DNA of 64,000 nucleotides, taken from positions 48,236-112,235 of the forward strand of contig CP066685.1 of the NCBI GenBank assembly GCA_016432345.1. Direction: 5' to 3'. The translations under genes and the position numbers were made by a program. The stretch comes from Candidatus Levyibacteriota bacterium. Lineage in GTDB: Bacteria; Patescibacteriota; Microgenomatia; Levybacterales; UBA12049. The notes beneath the pieces are model-generated. The model was not told where the DNA came from and searched no databases. It was given only the letters and a program-made list of their open reading frames with translations. This document shows positions 28,744-39,219 of this stretch, piece by piece; position 1 is the first letter of the stretch; every line of letters starts with the position of its first letter.

Positions 28744-30927
28744 TCAAGGGTTCGAAGGTTTTTCGGGTTCGGGGTGAGGGCAGGACAAACAATAACGATC
28801 ACCTAAGGGATCGGTAATCACAATTTCGTCTCGTTCTTCAACATTGTCTGTTTGTCTTGGTTTAGTAAGATCATTTGTTGTTTTATCGATAAAAACTTTT
28901 TGTTTGCCAGGATCTACCTTTGTCGGCTCGGTGCCTTTGATAAAATATTCGTATCTAGTTGGGCAGCGATCTGCTGTTCCATCGGGTGGGGGAATAAGAC
29001 CAGATGTGGCACAAACAATTTTTCCCACAATATCGCTTGGCCGATCAGGCCAGGCAGACTTGGTATTTTTTAACAGCTCAACCATAATAGCATGCCAAAT
29101 GGGAGCAGCGCCGGTAACGCCAGACACCAAGTTGCCCATAGGAGTATTGTCGTTATTGCCTACCCACACACCAACCACAAAGTTTGGGGTATAGCCAAAT
29201 GTCCAGTTATCTCTAAAGTCATTGGTGGTTCCTGTTTTAACAGCTACTGTGGCATTGGGAATTCGAAGTTGTGAATTTGTACCAAAGGCCAGCTCCCTGG
29301 CGCCGTTATCTGACAGAATTTGCGAGATTATAAATGGAATGCCAGGATTAAACACTTTTTTGCCAAAAATTGGGCTTTTGGGAGGCTTATATTCTTCCAA
29401 AATTTTTCCGTCTTTGTCAGTTACTTTTAAAATTGAACGAAGAGGAATAAGATATCCTTGATTGGCAAAAACTCCATAAGCCTGCAACATTTGCAGCATT
29501 GTTACTTCTCCTCCGCCTAATGTTAGTGATAATCCATAGCGGCTGGCATTGGTAAAGGTGGTAATGCCCATGGCCGAGGAGGTGGCCATCATAGTTTCAA
29601 TGCCGTTATATTTAAGCACTTTAATAGCAGGGATATTAATAGAGCTTCCAAGTGCCTGTCGGAATTGAACAATGCCATGCCATTTGCCGTCATAATTTAG
29701 CGGGCAGTATTCTTTTTGTCCTGGGTTTGGAAAACACACTTTTTGATCAACAAAAGGAGTGGCAGCGGTAAGTCCTTTAACAAGCCCTGTTGCGTAGTTA
29801 ATTGGTTTAATTGCAGATCCTGGTTGTCTGTTGGAAAGTGTTACATTGACATTGCCGTCTATTTCGGTATCAAAGTAATCTTTACTTCCAACCATAGCTA
29901 AAATTTCGCCAGTTGCTGGATTTGTAACCATAGCGGCGCCATTACCAACATGCTGGTTTTTAAGTTTTGCAACCTCTGTTGCCACAGCGTCTTCGGTAAA
30001 GATTTGGATATTAAGATCAAGGCTTGTTTTTACTTTAAGACCTCCTTGTTCGGTAAGTCTTTGGCCGTATTTTTTACTAAGCAACTCTTTAGTATATAAA
30101 ACAAAGTGGGGAGCTTTTATGCTATTGGCGACTTTTTGTATATTTAGAGGTTCTATAATGGCATCTTCCATTTGTTTTTTTGTAATGTATTTTTGTTCAA
30201 ACATTTTTTGCAGGACATCTTCTTGTTTTTGCTTGGCAAGTTCGGGATGTGCGCCTTGAGGAGAAAATGTGGTTGGTGATTCTGGAAGTCCTGCCAACAA
30301 AGCGCTTTCGGAAAGATTTAACTCTCTGACATGTTTACCAAAGTAATTTTCAGAGGCCGCTTCAGCTCCCCAGGCAGTGCCTCCATAAGGAGATTGATTA
30401 AGATACATTTCTAAAATCTTGTTTTTGGGATACAAAATTTCTGTGGCAAATGCTAAAATAATCTCTTTAATTTTTCTGATGATAGTTCGTTCTTGGGTAA
30501 GAAGGCTATTTTTAACAAGCTGTTGGGTGATGGTTGACCCGCCTTGAATGACCTGTTTTCTTAAAAGATTTGCGTATACTGCGCGGAGAATACCTTTTAT
30601 ATCAATTGCGCCGTGTTTGTAGAAATCTTTGTCTTCTGTGGCAATTGTTGCTTGTTGTAAAAACACTGGAATATCGGAAATCGGGACAAATGTTTGGTTT
30701 TTTTGCGCATAAATAGTAAAAAGCAATTTGTCGTTTCTGTCAAAAATTTGAGTTGATTGAGGAATTTGATTGCTGCTTAACCATGTTGGGGATGGAAGAT
30801 CTTTTAATATAAATATATAAAAGGCTCCGCAAAACAAAGCAAGTAAAATGCCAAGCGCGCAAAATTTAACTGATTTTGCCGTAGTTTTTGGAATTTTTGA
30901 AGCAAACTGGCGGATTTTTTTCACCAT
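28744..30927 (-). CDS. Class A penicillin-binding protein (second PBP1A paralog)
   Basis: EDKDFYKH, GGSTITQQL, RQPGSAIK, KTGTT. Confidence 0.93.
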   Translation of the reverse strand: MVKKIRQFASKIPKTTAKSVKFCALGILLALFCGAFYIFILKDLPSPTWLSSNQIPQSTQIFDRNDKLLFTIYAQKNQTFVPISDIPVFLQQATIATEDKDFYKHGAIDIKGILRAVYANLLRKQVIQGGSTITQQLVKNSLLTQERTIIRKIKEIILAFATEILYPKNKILEMYLNQSPYGGTAWGAEAASENYFGKHVRELNLSESALLAGLPESPTTFSPQGAHPELAKQKQEDVLQKMFEQKYITKKQMEDAIIEPLNIQKVANSIKAPHFVLYTKELLSKKYGQRLTEQGGLKVKTSLDLNIQIFTEDAVATEVAKLKNQHVGNGAAMVTNPATGEILAMVGSKDYFDTEIDGNVNVTLSNRQPGSAIKPINYATGLVKGLTAATPFVDQKVCFPNPGQKEYCPLNYDGKWHGIVQFRQALGSSINIPAIKVLKYNGIETMMATSSAMGITTFTNASRYGLSLTLGGGEVTMLQMLQAYGVFANQGYLIPLRSILKVTDKDGKILEEYKPPKSPIFGKKVFNPGIPFIISQILSDNGARELAFGTNSQLRIPNATVAVKTGTTNDFRDNWTFGYTPNFVVGVWVGNNDNTPMGNLVSGVTGAAPIWHAIMVELLKNTKSAWPDRPSDIVGKIVCATSGLIPPPDGTADRCPTRYEYFIKGTEPTKVDPGKQKVFIDKTTNDLTKPRQTDNVEERDEIVITDPLGDRYCLSCPHPEPEKPSNP

Positions 30928-31005
30928 CCTATGATAGCACGCAAGTAAGATTTATGGCAAGGAAGTCCTTGACAGTAAATTATATGTATGGTATACATTA
31001 GACAT

Positions 31006-31242
31006 ATGATACGAACACAAGTGTATTTACCTAAAGAGCTCTATCAAGAAGTGCAGTTAGTAGCCAAGAAAGAGAGCAAAAAATCTGCTCAAGTAGTGCG
31101 CGATTTATTGAGCGAGGGATTAATAAGGCGTAAGAAAAAAGTAACGATTGGAGAGGCTTTTCTTGATCTAGCTAGCGTGGCCGTAAAAGGCGGTCCTCCT
31201 GATTTATCTACAAATCATGATAAGTATCTATATGAAGACTAA
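31006..31242 (+). CDS. RHH/CopG antitoxin (VapB-like)
   Basis: MIRTQVYL RHH; DLSTNHDKYLY C-terminus. Confidence 0.8.
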   Translation: MIRTQVYLPKELYQEVQLVAKKESKKSAQVVRDLLSEGLIRRKKKVTIGEAFLDLASVAVKGGPPDLSTNHDKYLYED

Positions 31243-31654
31243 TAAAGCAGTTATTGCAGACACAAGTGGTCTAATTTCTCTTGTTTCGAAAGATGATAGT
31301 AATTATAAAGAAGCAATTTCAATTGGTAAAAGCCTCTCAAAAGTAGAAGGAAGAATTTATATCCCAACAGAGATTTTTGCTGAGACTATGAATGTTCTTG
31401 GCAAGAAAATTAATCATGCATCAGCAATAAGAGCAGCTAGAAAGATAGAGCGCTCGCCATTTTTTTTAATTGTGGATACTACGCATGAAATTAGAAGAAG
31501 CGCGCTAGATCAATTTGAAAAAATTTCAGAATCAATAAGCTTTACTGACTGTCTTGTTATGGCATGTGCGAATTTTTATGAGACAAAAGAAATTTTTGGT
31601 TTTGACGAAGCATTTCGGAAGAATGGATATAAACGGATTGGGATTGATAAGTAA
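31232..31654 (+). CDS. PIN-domain toxin (VapC-like)
   Basis: ADTS, E, SFTDC, FGFDEAF acidic residues. Confidence 0.85.
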   Translation: MKTNKAVIADTSGLISLVSKDDSNYKEAISIGKSLSKVEGRIYIPTEIFAETMNVLGKKINHASAIRAARKIERSPFFLIVDTTHEIRRSALDQFEKISESISFTDCLVMACANFYETKEIFGFDEAFRKNGYKRIGIDK

Positions 31655-31945
31655 GGTGTCAATACCTGTACACCTTTCAAGTGTCGCCTCAGGTTCATCT
31701 AATTTTTTTCAAAAACCTGATATTTATTTGAAGATATTGTTTCATAGGGTAGTATGAATTCACCTTTTGATGATTCATCCTTTATGAAGTATTCAAAATA
31801 ATCTTCATTGAGTGAAAATTTAATCTCGTTTTTCCCTTTTTTCTGATGAAACTTCATATATTAGTGATTGTATTTTATACTAAAAAACAAAACGCAACAA
31901 GAGTAACTTGTTGTAAGCGTTTTTCATATGCTATACTCAACATAT

Positions 31946-32977
31946 ATGATCAGGGTGGTAATAAATGGGTATGGACGGATTGGGCGGGTGGCGCATCGGG
32001 TGATTTTGGAGAAGCACTCATCCGAAATTGAAGTAGTGGCTATAAATGCCGGGTCGTCTACTGATATTAAAGGGTGGATGTATTTACTCAAGTACGATTC
32101 CGTATACGGATCACTCAAAAATTCAGAATTCAGAATTCAGAATTCAGAATTAAAAGATAGTATTGGCACGTTTGTGATTAATGGTAAGGAAATTCCTGTT
32201 TTCTCACAGAAAGATCCAAGTCTTTTACCCTGGAAAGATTTACAAGTTGATGTGGTTTTGGAATGCACAGGGAAACTAACAACAGAAGAAAAACTTAAAA
32301 GCCATATTACTGCTGGAGCAAAAGCAGTGGTGTTATCGGCTCCAGTCAAAGAAGGCGACATTAGTACCTATGTTTTGTCTGTTAATGCCAATGATTATAA
32401 AAACGAAAATTTAATTAGCAATGCTTCTTGTACTACAAACTGCATCGCTTCTGTTGCAAAAGTAATTTTAGATAATTTTGGGATCGAAAAAGCCATGATG
32501 ACCACCATTCACGGGTACACATCTGACCAGCGTTTGCACGATGGAGGACACAAGGATTACCGTCGGGCAAGAGCAGCAGCCCTAAACATTATTCCAACCT
32601 CAACAGGCGCCACCAAAGCTGCAGCCAAAACCATACCAGAGCTTAAAGATAAATTCACCGGCCTGGCCATTCGCGTGCCTGTTGCGGTTGGTTCGTTGTC
32701 TGATTTTACTTTTTTAGTTTCCAAAAATACTACCAAAGAAGAAATTAATGAGGTTCTTAAAAAAGCAGCTAAAGATGCCAAATATAAAGGTATATTAGAT
32801 GTAACAGAAGATCCAATTGTGTCAAGCGATATTATTGGTAGTAGCTACTCATCAATTGTAGATTTATCGCTAACTCAAGTAGTTGGAGGAAATATGATTA
32901 AAGTAATTGCTTGGTATGACAATGAATGGGGATACGCAAATAGGTTGGTTGAAGAAGCAATCATGGTTGGAAAATGA
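31946..32977 (+). CDS. gap: Type I glyceraldehyde-3-phosphate dehydrogenase
   Basis: INGYGRIGR, SNASCTTNC, WYDNEWGY. Confidence 0.96.
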   Translation: MIRVVINGYGRIGRVAHRVILEKHSSEIEVVAINAGSSTDIKGWMYLLKYDSVYGSLKNSEFRIQNSELKDSIGTFVINGKEIPVFSQKDPSLLPWKDLQVDVVLECTGKLTTEEKLKSHITAGAKAVVLSAPVKEGDISTYVLSVNANDYKNENLISNASCTTNCIASVAKVILDNFGIEKAMMTTIHGYTSDQRLHDGGHKDYRRARAAALNIIPTSTGATKAAAKTIPELKDKFTGLAIRVPVAVGSLSDFTFLVSKNTTKEEINEVLKKAAKDAKYKGILDVTEDPIVSSDIIGSSYSSIVDLSLTQVVGGNMIKVIAWYDNEWGYANRLVEEAIMVGK

Positions 32978-33558
32978 TTCCTATTGATTTAGCAAACATC
33001 CGAAATATTACCGTTTCTGGAAGGATTGGCGCCGGAACTACAACCCTTGCCAAAGGTCTTGCCGATGCGCTTGGATGGGAGGTTTTTGAAGGAGGAGAAA
33101 TTTTTGCTCAAATTCACCAGAGTTTAAAACTAAGCGAACTTGAGGTAAGCGGCAGGCCTGATAGTTTTGATGTTGAATACGAAGAAAAGATAAAAGAAAT
33201 GTTAAAAGATAAGAAACATCAAGTTATTCAAAGTCATCTTAGCGGATTTGACGCGCAGGGAATAGATGGTGTGTTTAAGATTCTTGTTTTGTGCGAAGAT
33301 GATAAAGGAAATGATAAAATAGATATTAGAATAGATCGCTTGGTCAATAGAAGAAAGATTTCGGTTGAAGAGGCAAAAGAAGAGGTACGGCTTAGAGAAG
33401 AAGAAAATCTTACAAAATGGCGGCGTTTATATGCCAATAGTGATAAAAATTGGATAAATTGGGATAAAAAGTATTATGATTTGGTAATAAATACCTATAT
33501 TAATAATCCGCAGCAGTCACTAGCAATAGCTCTTAAAGCAATAGGTTATATAGATTGA
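32974..33558 (+). CDS. Cytidylate kinase-like (archaeal-type CMP kinase family)
   Basis: ITVSGRIGAGTTT, YDLVINT. Confidence 0.75.
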   Translation: MIPIDLANIRNITVSGRIGAGTTTLAKGLADALGWEVFEGGEIFAQIHQSLKLSELEVSGRPDSFDVEYEEKIKEMLKDKKHQVIQSHLSGFDAQGIDGVFKILVLCEDDKGNDKIDIRIDRLVNRRKISVEEAKEEVRLREEENLTKWRRLYANSDKNWINWDKKYYDLVINTYINNPQQSLAIALKAIGYID

Positions 33559-33590
33559 CAAAAATAGTTTAAAGGGAGATATTTGGCAAT

Positions 33591-34142
33591 ATGAAAAGGA
33601 TACTTATTTTTTTTCTTTTCTTTTTTATTGTTACAGTGCAAGCAGCCTTTGCCCAGGAGATAATATCAACAAATGCCGCAACAGCGGCAATTACGCCAAC
33701 TCCTGTTGAGTACCAATTACCATATCCCGGCCTTTTGCCAGACAGCCCATTGTATTTTTTAAAGGTATTTAGAGATAGACTGATTGATTTTTTAGTATCA
33801 GACCCTCTAAAAAAGGCAGAACTTCAGTTGTTGCAGGCAGATAAGCGTTTGTCTTCTGGACAGGCGCTTTTTGGGAAGGGGAAAAAAGATCTTGCTGAAT
33901 CCACAATTTCCAAAGGAGAAAATTACTTTGAAAGCGGCATAGAAAAATTAATTGATGCCAAAAAACAAAGATTTGATACAAAACATCTTGAGAGAAAATT
34001 TTCAATATCTGTAAGAGTGCACAAAGAAATTATATCTGGTCTTGAAAAAGAGACAACAGGAGATATTAAGAAAAAATTGCAGGATACAAAGAAGAGAGTT
34101 GCGGAGTTTGAAAAAAAGGTTAATCAATTTGGGTCTAATTAA
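33591..34142 (+). CDS. Secreted DUF5667-like protein
   Basis: LPYPGLLPDSPLYFLK, ADKRL. Confidence 0.75.
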   Translation: MKRILIFFLFFFIVTVQAAFAQEIISTNAATAAITPTPVEYQLPYPGLLPDSPLYFLKVFRDRLIDFLVSDPLKKAELQLLQADKRLSSGQALFGKGKKDLAESTISKGENYFESGIEKLIDAKKQRFDTKHLERKFSISVRVHKEIISGLEKETTGDIKKKLQDTKKRVAEFEKKVNQFGSN

Positions 34143-34271
34143 AAGCATAAATTATTACAATTGTATTCTTTTCTTAATCACCAAAAGCAAGGCAGTTTTG
34201 ATTTTCCAGGAAAAATAAAGAAATTGAGGCTAAGTAAAAGGGTTGCATAATTTTGATCTAGTTATTTCTAG

Positions 34272-34323
34272 TTGACACTGCAGATGTAGTGTCATATTCT
34301 TGATTTTGCACTATATATAGCGT
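34272..34323 (+). promoter_or_regulatory. Promoter (TTGACA-N17-TATTCT) with tandem NrdR boxes at 34277-34292 and 34308-34323
   Basis: actgcagatgtagtgt and gcactatatatagcgt resemble acaCwAtATaTwGtgt, 31 bp apart, upstream of nrdR-nrdJ. Confidence 0.75.
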
Positions 34324-34408
34324 TTAGAAACTAGCGTTCAGCGTCTAGTTATACTATAATAATAACTAAAATAATAACTAAGCGCTAGACTCTAATAACT
34401 AAACGCTA
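34318..34408. repeat. Palindromic heptamer element, copy 5
   Basis: tagcgtttagaaactagcgttcagcgtctagtt...aactaagcgctagactctaataactaaacgcta. Confidence 0.75.
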
Positions 34409-34412
34409 ACGT

Positions 34413-34862
34413 ATGAGGTGTCCATATTGCGGCAGTCGAGAGACAGAGGTGGTTGAAACCAGAGACAGCGAAGATTTGGAGATAATTCGCCGAAGACGGG
34501 CGTGTGTTGCTTGCGAAAAGCGATTTACCACATACGAGCGGGTAGAAAATTTCCATCTTATTGTCATTAAAAAAGATGGAAAAAGGGAACAGTTTGGTAG
34601 AGATAAATTGCGAAACGGTATTATACGGGCATGTGAGAAAACAACAGTACCAATTGAGGAGATAGATAAAATTGTTACGGAAGTTGAGCGGGAGTTAAGG
34701 ACAGGGGAAGCAATAGAAATAGAAAGCAAAAAAATTGGACAAATGATAGCCGATAAACTGAAAAAAATAGATAAGGTGGCGTATATTAGGTTTGCCAGTG
34801 TATTTAAAAGATTTGTCGATGTTGAGGATTTTGAAAAAGAAGTCCAGAAACTGATTAAATAA
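34413..34862 (+). CDS. nrdR: Transcriptional repressor NrdR
   Basis: MRCPYC, RRRRAC..C..RFTTYE, ATP cone, VAYIRFASV. Confidence 0.96.
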   Translation: MRCPYCGSRETEVVETRDSEDLEIIRRRRACVACEKRFTTYERVENFHLIVIKKDGKREQFGRDKLRNGIIRACEKTTVPIEEIDKIVTEVERELRTGEAIEIESKKIGQMIADKLKKIDKVAYIRFASVFKRFVDVEDFEKEVQKLIK

Positions 34863-34863
34863 T

Positions 34864-37800
34864 ATGAAATTAGAAGGAATTAGAGAAAAAGTATTTTTAG
34901 ATAGGTATTCCTTAAAAGATAAGGAAGGTAAACCAGTAGAAAAAACTCCAGAGGAAATGTGGCGTCGTGTTGCAAAGGGAGTTGCAAAAGTTGAAAAGCC
35001 AAAACTTCGTAAAGTGTGGGAAGACAAGTTTTATAAAGCCATGGAATATTTTAAATTTGTTCCAGGGGGCAGGGTTTTGGCAGGCGCGGGCACTGGGTAT
35101 GCAGTAACATTCTATAATTGTTTCGTTATCCCTTCTCCCAAAGACTCCAGGGGTGGCATTTTAGACACTTTAAAACAAATGGTGGAGATTATGGCACACG
35201 GCGGTGGAGTGGGTATTAATTTGTCGTCTCTTAGGCCCCGAGGATTTAGAGTCAAAAAAGTCAATGGTTTTTCTTCTGGTCCTTGCAACTGGGCAGAGCT
35301 TTTTTCGGTTGCCACCAAAGATATTATCCAGCAAGGGGGGAGCCGGCGCGGGGCTTTAATGCTAATGCTGTGGGATTGGCATCCAGATATCGAGGAATTT
35401 ATTACTGTCAAGCAGGATTTAACCCGCATTAATGGTGCAAATTTGTCGGTTTGCGCCTCGGATGAATTTATGGAGGCAGTCAAAAAAGATGCAGATTGGG
35501 ATTTGATTTTCCCCGATACAACGGATCCAGAGTACGACGAAAAGTGGGATGGTATTATGGCTAATTGGAAAAAGATGGGTAAGAAAGTTAAAGTTTATAA
35601 AACAGTCAAAGCCAGACACTTGTGGGATCTTATTTGTAAAGCTGCCTGGACAAGTGCCGAGCCAGGACTGGTTTTTATGGAGCGTTACAACAAATGGTAT
35701 AACAACTGGTACTGGAATACCATTAATTGTGTTAATCCATGCGTAACTGGAGATACGTTGGTTTCCACAACCAATGGTTTGCAGTCCATGAGAAAACTCT
35801 ACGATGGTGGTATGCCATTTAGAGTGGTAGTTGATGGAAAACATTATTTGTCTACTCATGTTAAGTTAACCGGCGTAAAGCCTGTATATAAGCTTAAAAC
35901 CCGCGAAGGATACGAGCTGCGGTTGACAGAAGATCATAAAGTCTTTACTACGAATGGTAAAAAGGAAGCAGGAAAGCTGGTAGCAGGAGAAAAAATTCTT
36001 TTATCTGCAGGTGGCGCTTTTGGAACGGTTGGTACATTAGATGAAGGACGAGTGTTAGGATGGTTGGTGGGAGATGGATCAATGAAAGAAGATGTGGCAA
36101 CGCTCTTTTTCTATAGAAAAGAAAAGCAAGAGCTCGCCCCACAATTTGCTTTGATGGTTGAAAAAATGGTTGAGGGGGAACAAGTAGTTGCAAGGTCATA
36201 TCCAGTAGCTCCTCAATATGTTGAGAAAGAAGATAAGGCAGTTGTCGAGTCGGTAAGATTGTGGAGAATAGCAAATAGGTATGGTATAACACATGCAAAT
36301 AAATATGTTGTCCCGGAAAAAATCTTTGAAGGAGCCGAGGAATTTCAGCGAGGATTTTTGCAGGGTCTTTTTTCAAGCGATGGGAGCGTGCAGGGGACAG
36401 TGCAAAAGGGTGTAAGTGTTAGATTGACATCTATTAGTAGAGAACTTCTTGTTGGCGCACAAAAACTGCTTCTTAATTTTGGTATTGTCAGTAAATTGTA
36501 TGAAAATAGACGAGTCGCGCAATCTAGATTTTTGCCAGACGGTAAAGGAGGCAGCAAAGAGTATATGTGTAAAGCCTATCATGAGTTGGTTGTTGCCAAA
36601 GATAGTCTTATTGCCTATGCAGCACTGGTCGGTTTTTTACAAGAGGAAAAACAAGAGAAACTTCGAACACTATTATCTTTGTATAAAGAAGGTCCATATA
36701 AACAGCCTTTTGTGGCAACGTTCTCCTCTCTCAAGGCAGGGGGTGTTGAAGAGGTGTTTGATATAACTGTTTCAGATATCCATAGATTTTCTGCAAATGG
36801 TCTTGTTGTTTCTAATTGCGGTGAAGAGGGATTACCGGCGTGGGGCGTTTGCAACCTTGCCTCTCTTAATTTATCAGCGTTTGTTAAGGGGTATACACTT
36901 GATAAACCGGGGACGTTTGATTATGAAAGTTTGGCAGAGCATGCCCGAATTGGCGTAAGGTTTCAAGATGATGTGGTGGATGCCGACCAGTATGTGTACC
37001 CGCAGATTAAAGAGATGCAGCTTAATGGCGAACGACGCATTGGGCTTGGAACACTAGGTTTGGCAGACGCTTTAATTAAAATGCATCTTCGTTATGGGAG
37101 TGCCGAGGCCCAAAAAGTGGTTGATAAAATCTACCAGACCATCCGCGATGCAGCATATGATGAATCAATTAACATTGCCAAAGAAAAAGGAGCATTCCCC
37201 AAGATTAATGTTAAAAAGCATCTTCTGGGGTATTTTATAAAACAGTTGCCAGAGGGAGTAAAGAAGAAAATGCAAAAGTACGGGGTAAGAAATTCCATGT
37301 TGCTTCAGGCTGCGCCAACCGGCACAACAAGTTTACTTTCTGGGGCATCATCTGGTGTTGAACCTGTTTATGAATTTGAATACACCCATAATGGTCGTTT
37401 GGGCAAACAAACCGTTTTTCATTCGCTCTACGGCGAATGGAAAAAGGCTCACCCAGATGCAAAAAGACCAGACTACTTTGTTGGTGCCAACGATTTAACG
37501 CCAGAAGACCATGTCAAAATTCAGGCCACAGTCCAGAAATATGTCGACGCCTCCATCTCTAAAACTGTGAATGCTCCAAATGCCCATACAGTTGAGGATG
37601 TGAAGAAACTCTATATGATGGCATACGACGCAGGCTGCAAAGGGATTACCTATATGCGGGATGGGAGTAGATTAGGTGTTTTACAGCGGGTAGAGGAGCC
37701 AAGCGTTTCCCAGCCAGCAATTATGAAGCGCCCGATTATGGTCCAGGGCGTTACATACCAAACTAATACTCCTGTTGGTGAAGCATTTGTTACTATCAAT

Positions 37801-38277
37801 CATAACGAAAAACACGAACCATTCGAAGTCTTTATTACTATCGGTAAATCCGGGTCTGATATCGCAGCTATGGCCGAGGCCTTGGGCAGAACTATTTCCC
37901 TTTCTTTACGCTTAAACGGTGGTTTGCCGGCGCGGGAAAGAATTCGCCAGGTGATTGCGCAACTAGCAGGTATTGGAGGCGCAGGGAGTGTGGGTTTTGG
38001 GAAAGATAGGGTGCGATCTTTGCCTGATGCAGTGGCCAAAGTGCTAGCTAAACATTATGGATTTCGGGTAAATGGAAAAGTAGAAGATAAAGAAGAGGGC
38101 ACTGTAAGTAATGGGCATGTTGCCGAGGCAACAGGTATGAGTATGGTTCAGCAATTGGCTATTGATGGGTCGTCTTCGACAAGCTTGTTTGATCTATGCC
38201 CAGACTGCGGAGCAGGAACTTTTGCCTACGAAGAAGGTTGTAAAAAATGCTATTCATGCGGATACTCGGCGTGTTGA
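34864..38277 (+). CDS. nrdJ: Class II (B12-dependent) ribonucleotide reductase with intein, TSCPD-like domain and C-terminal Zn ribbon
   Basis: NCFV, GGGVG, NP/CGE split by intein, CNLAS, APTGT, KGITYMRDGSR, CPDC..CYSCG. Confidence 0.93.
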   Translation: MKLEGIREKVFLDRYSLKDKEGKPVEKTPEEMWRRVAKGVAKVEKPKLRKVWEDKFYKAMEYFKFVPGGRVLAGAGTGYAVTFYNCFVIPSPKDSRGGILDTLKQMVEIMAHGGGVGINLSSLRPRGFRVKKVNGFSSGPCNWAELFSVATKDIIQQGGSRRGALMLMLWDWHPDIEEFITVKQDLTRINGANLSVCASDEFMEAVKKDADWDLIFPDTTDPEYDEKWDGIMANWKKMGKKVKVYKTVKARHLWDLICKAAWTSAEPGLVFMERYNKWYNNWYWNTINCVNPCVTGDTLVSTTNGLQSMRKLYDGGMPFRVVVDGKHYLSTHVKLTGVKPVYKLKTREGYELRLTEDHKVFTTNGKKEAGKLVAGEKILLSAGGAFGTVGTLDEGRVLGWLVGDGSMKEDVATLFFYRKEKQELAPQFALMVEKMVEGEQVVARSYPVAPQYVEKEDKAVVESVRLWRIANRYGITHANKYVVPEKIFEGAEEFQRGFLQGLFSSDGSVQGTVQKGVSVRLTSISRELLVGAQKLLLNFGIVSKLYENRRVAQSRFLPDGKGGSKEYMCKAYHELVVAKDSLIAYAALVGFLQEEKQEKLRTLLSLYKEGPYKQPFVATFSSLKAGGVEEVFDITVSDIHRFSANGLVVSNCGEEGLPAWGVCNLASLNLSAFVKGYTLDKPGTFDYESLAEHARIGVRFQDDVVDADQYVYPQIKEMQLNGERRIGLGTLGLADALIKMHLRYGSAEAQKVVDKIYQTIRDAAYDESINIAKEKGAFPKINVKKHLLGYFIKQLPEGVKKKMQKYGVRNSMLLQAAPTGTTSLLSGASSGVEPVYEFEYTHNGRLGKQTVFHSLYGEWKKAHPDAKRPDYFVGANDLTPEDHVKIQATVQKYVDASISKTVNAPNAHTVEDVKKLYMMAYDAGCKGITYMRDGSRLGVLQRVEEPSVSQPAIMKRPIMVQGVTYQTNTPVGEAFVTINHNEKHEPFEVFITIGKSGSDIAAMAEALGRTISLSLRLNGGLPARERIRQVIAQLAGIGGAGSVGFGKDRVRSLPDAVAKVLAKHYGFRVNGKVEDKEEGTVSNGHVAEATGMSMVQQLAIDGSSSTSLFDLCPDCGAGTFAYEEGCKKCYSCGYSAC
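35740..36816 (+). mobile_element. Intein (359 aa) with LAGLIDADG homing endonuclease in nrdJ
   Basis: NP|CVTGDT...TEDHK...LGWLVGDG...FLQGLFSSDG...VFDITV...VVSN|CGEE. Confidence 0.92.
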
Positions 38278-38278
38278 A

Positions 38279-38680
38279 ATGGAAGAACAAAACAATAGAA
38301 GATTTGCCAATATTTTTATTGGTATTTTGATCCTTTTAATCATTGGATATTTTGGTTATGGATATATTGCTTCTCAAGATGCTGCAAAAAAAAGCGCAGA
38401 ATTAACAACACAGAATAAACCAACTCCAACTATCGTCCTTGTTGATTATGTGAAGTATCAAGGAAAAACAGGAAAGAATGCTATGCAGCTTTTGCAAGAA
38501 AAATCTTCAGTTGAGACTGCAACATCAGGACTTATTATTGCTATTAATGGAAGAAGAGCAGATAATGCAAAACGTGAGTATTGGGCATTTTATGTGAACG
38601 GCAAACTGGCAACTGTTGGCTCGTCTGATTATCAAACAAAGGATGAAGATATGATTGAGTGGAAAATAGATAAGTATTAA
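38279..38680 (+). CDS. DUF4430 / transcobalamin-C-like protein (putative B12 binding)
   Basis: TM anchor, IIAING...YWAFYVNGKLATVG...IEW. Confidence 0.8.
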   Translation: MEEQNNRRFANIFIGILILLIIGYFGYGYIASQDAAKKSAELTTQNKPTPTIVLVDYVKYQGKTGKNAMQLLQEKSSVETATSGLIIAINGRRADNAKREYWAFYVNGKLATVGSSDYQTKDEDMIEWKIDKY

Positions 38681-38685
38681 GTATT

Positions 38686-39219
38686 ATGTATCAAGTATTA
38701 AGGGAGATAACGAATCCATTATTAATTATTGGTATTGCTGTTGCTTTGCGGCTTGTGCCGCATCCTGCAAATTTTGCGCCGATTGGGGCTATGGCGTTGT
38801 TTGGAGGAGCATATCTTAACAAGAAATATGCATTAGCAGTACCACTACTAGCAATGTTGGTATCGGATTTTTTTATTGGTTTTCATAATACCATGGGTTT
38901 TGTGTATGCAAGCTTTTTACTTATTGGCATTCTTGGTTTGTGGTTAAGAAGGCACAAAAATGTTAGAAATGTGATAGGTGCTGCGTTTGTTTCCTCAATA
39001 CTTTTTTTCCTTATTACCAACTTTGGAGTATGGTTGGTTAGTAATATCTATCCAAAAACTGCTGCAGGACTAATAGAATGTTATGTTGTAGCAATCCCGT
39101 TTTTTAGAAATACATTACTTGGAGATTTGTTTTATGTAGGTTTATTTTTTTTTGGTTACGAAGCAGTGTTGAGGTTTATAAAAAGCTATGGTCAAAATCT
39201 ACACAAAAACAGGGGATAA
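38686..39219 (+). CDS. DUF6580 putative ECF S-component-type transporter
   Basis: RLVPHPANFAPIGAMALFGG, FFLITNFGVW, IPFFRNTLLGD. Confidence 0.8.
   Translation: MYQVLREITNPLLIIGIAVALRLVPHPANFAPIGAMALFGGAYLNKKYALAVPLLAMLVSDFFIGFHNTMGFVYASFLLIGILGLWLRRHKNVRNVIGAAFVSSILFFLITNFGVWLVSNIYPKTAAGLIECYVVAIPFFRNTLLGDLFYVGLFFFGYEAVLRFIKSYGQNLHKNRG

Noticed and set aside
25431..30927. Shared DNA stretches between the two PBP1A genes as a DGR template/variable pair
   Set aside because: Matches sit at conserved enzyme motifs, no adenine-specific pattern was evident, and there is no reverse transcriptase in the window.
31699..31857. 52-aa minus-strand ORF (MKFHQKKGKNEIKF...)
   Set aside because: Could be a gene remnant but has no recognisable motif; not enough support to call.
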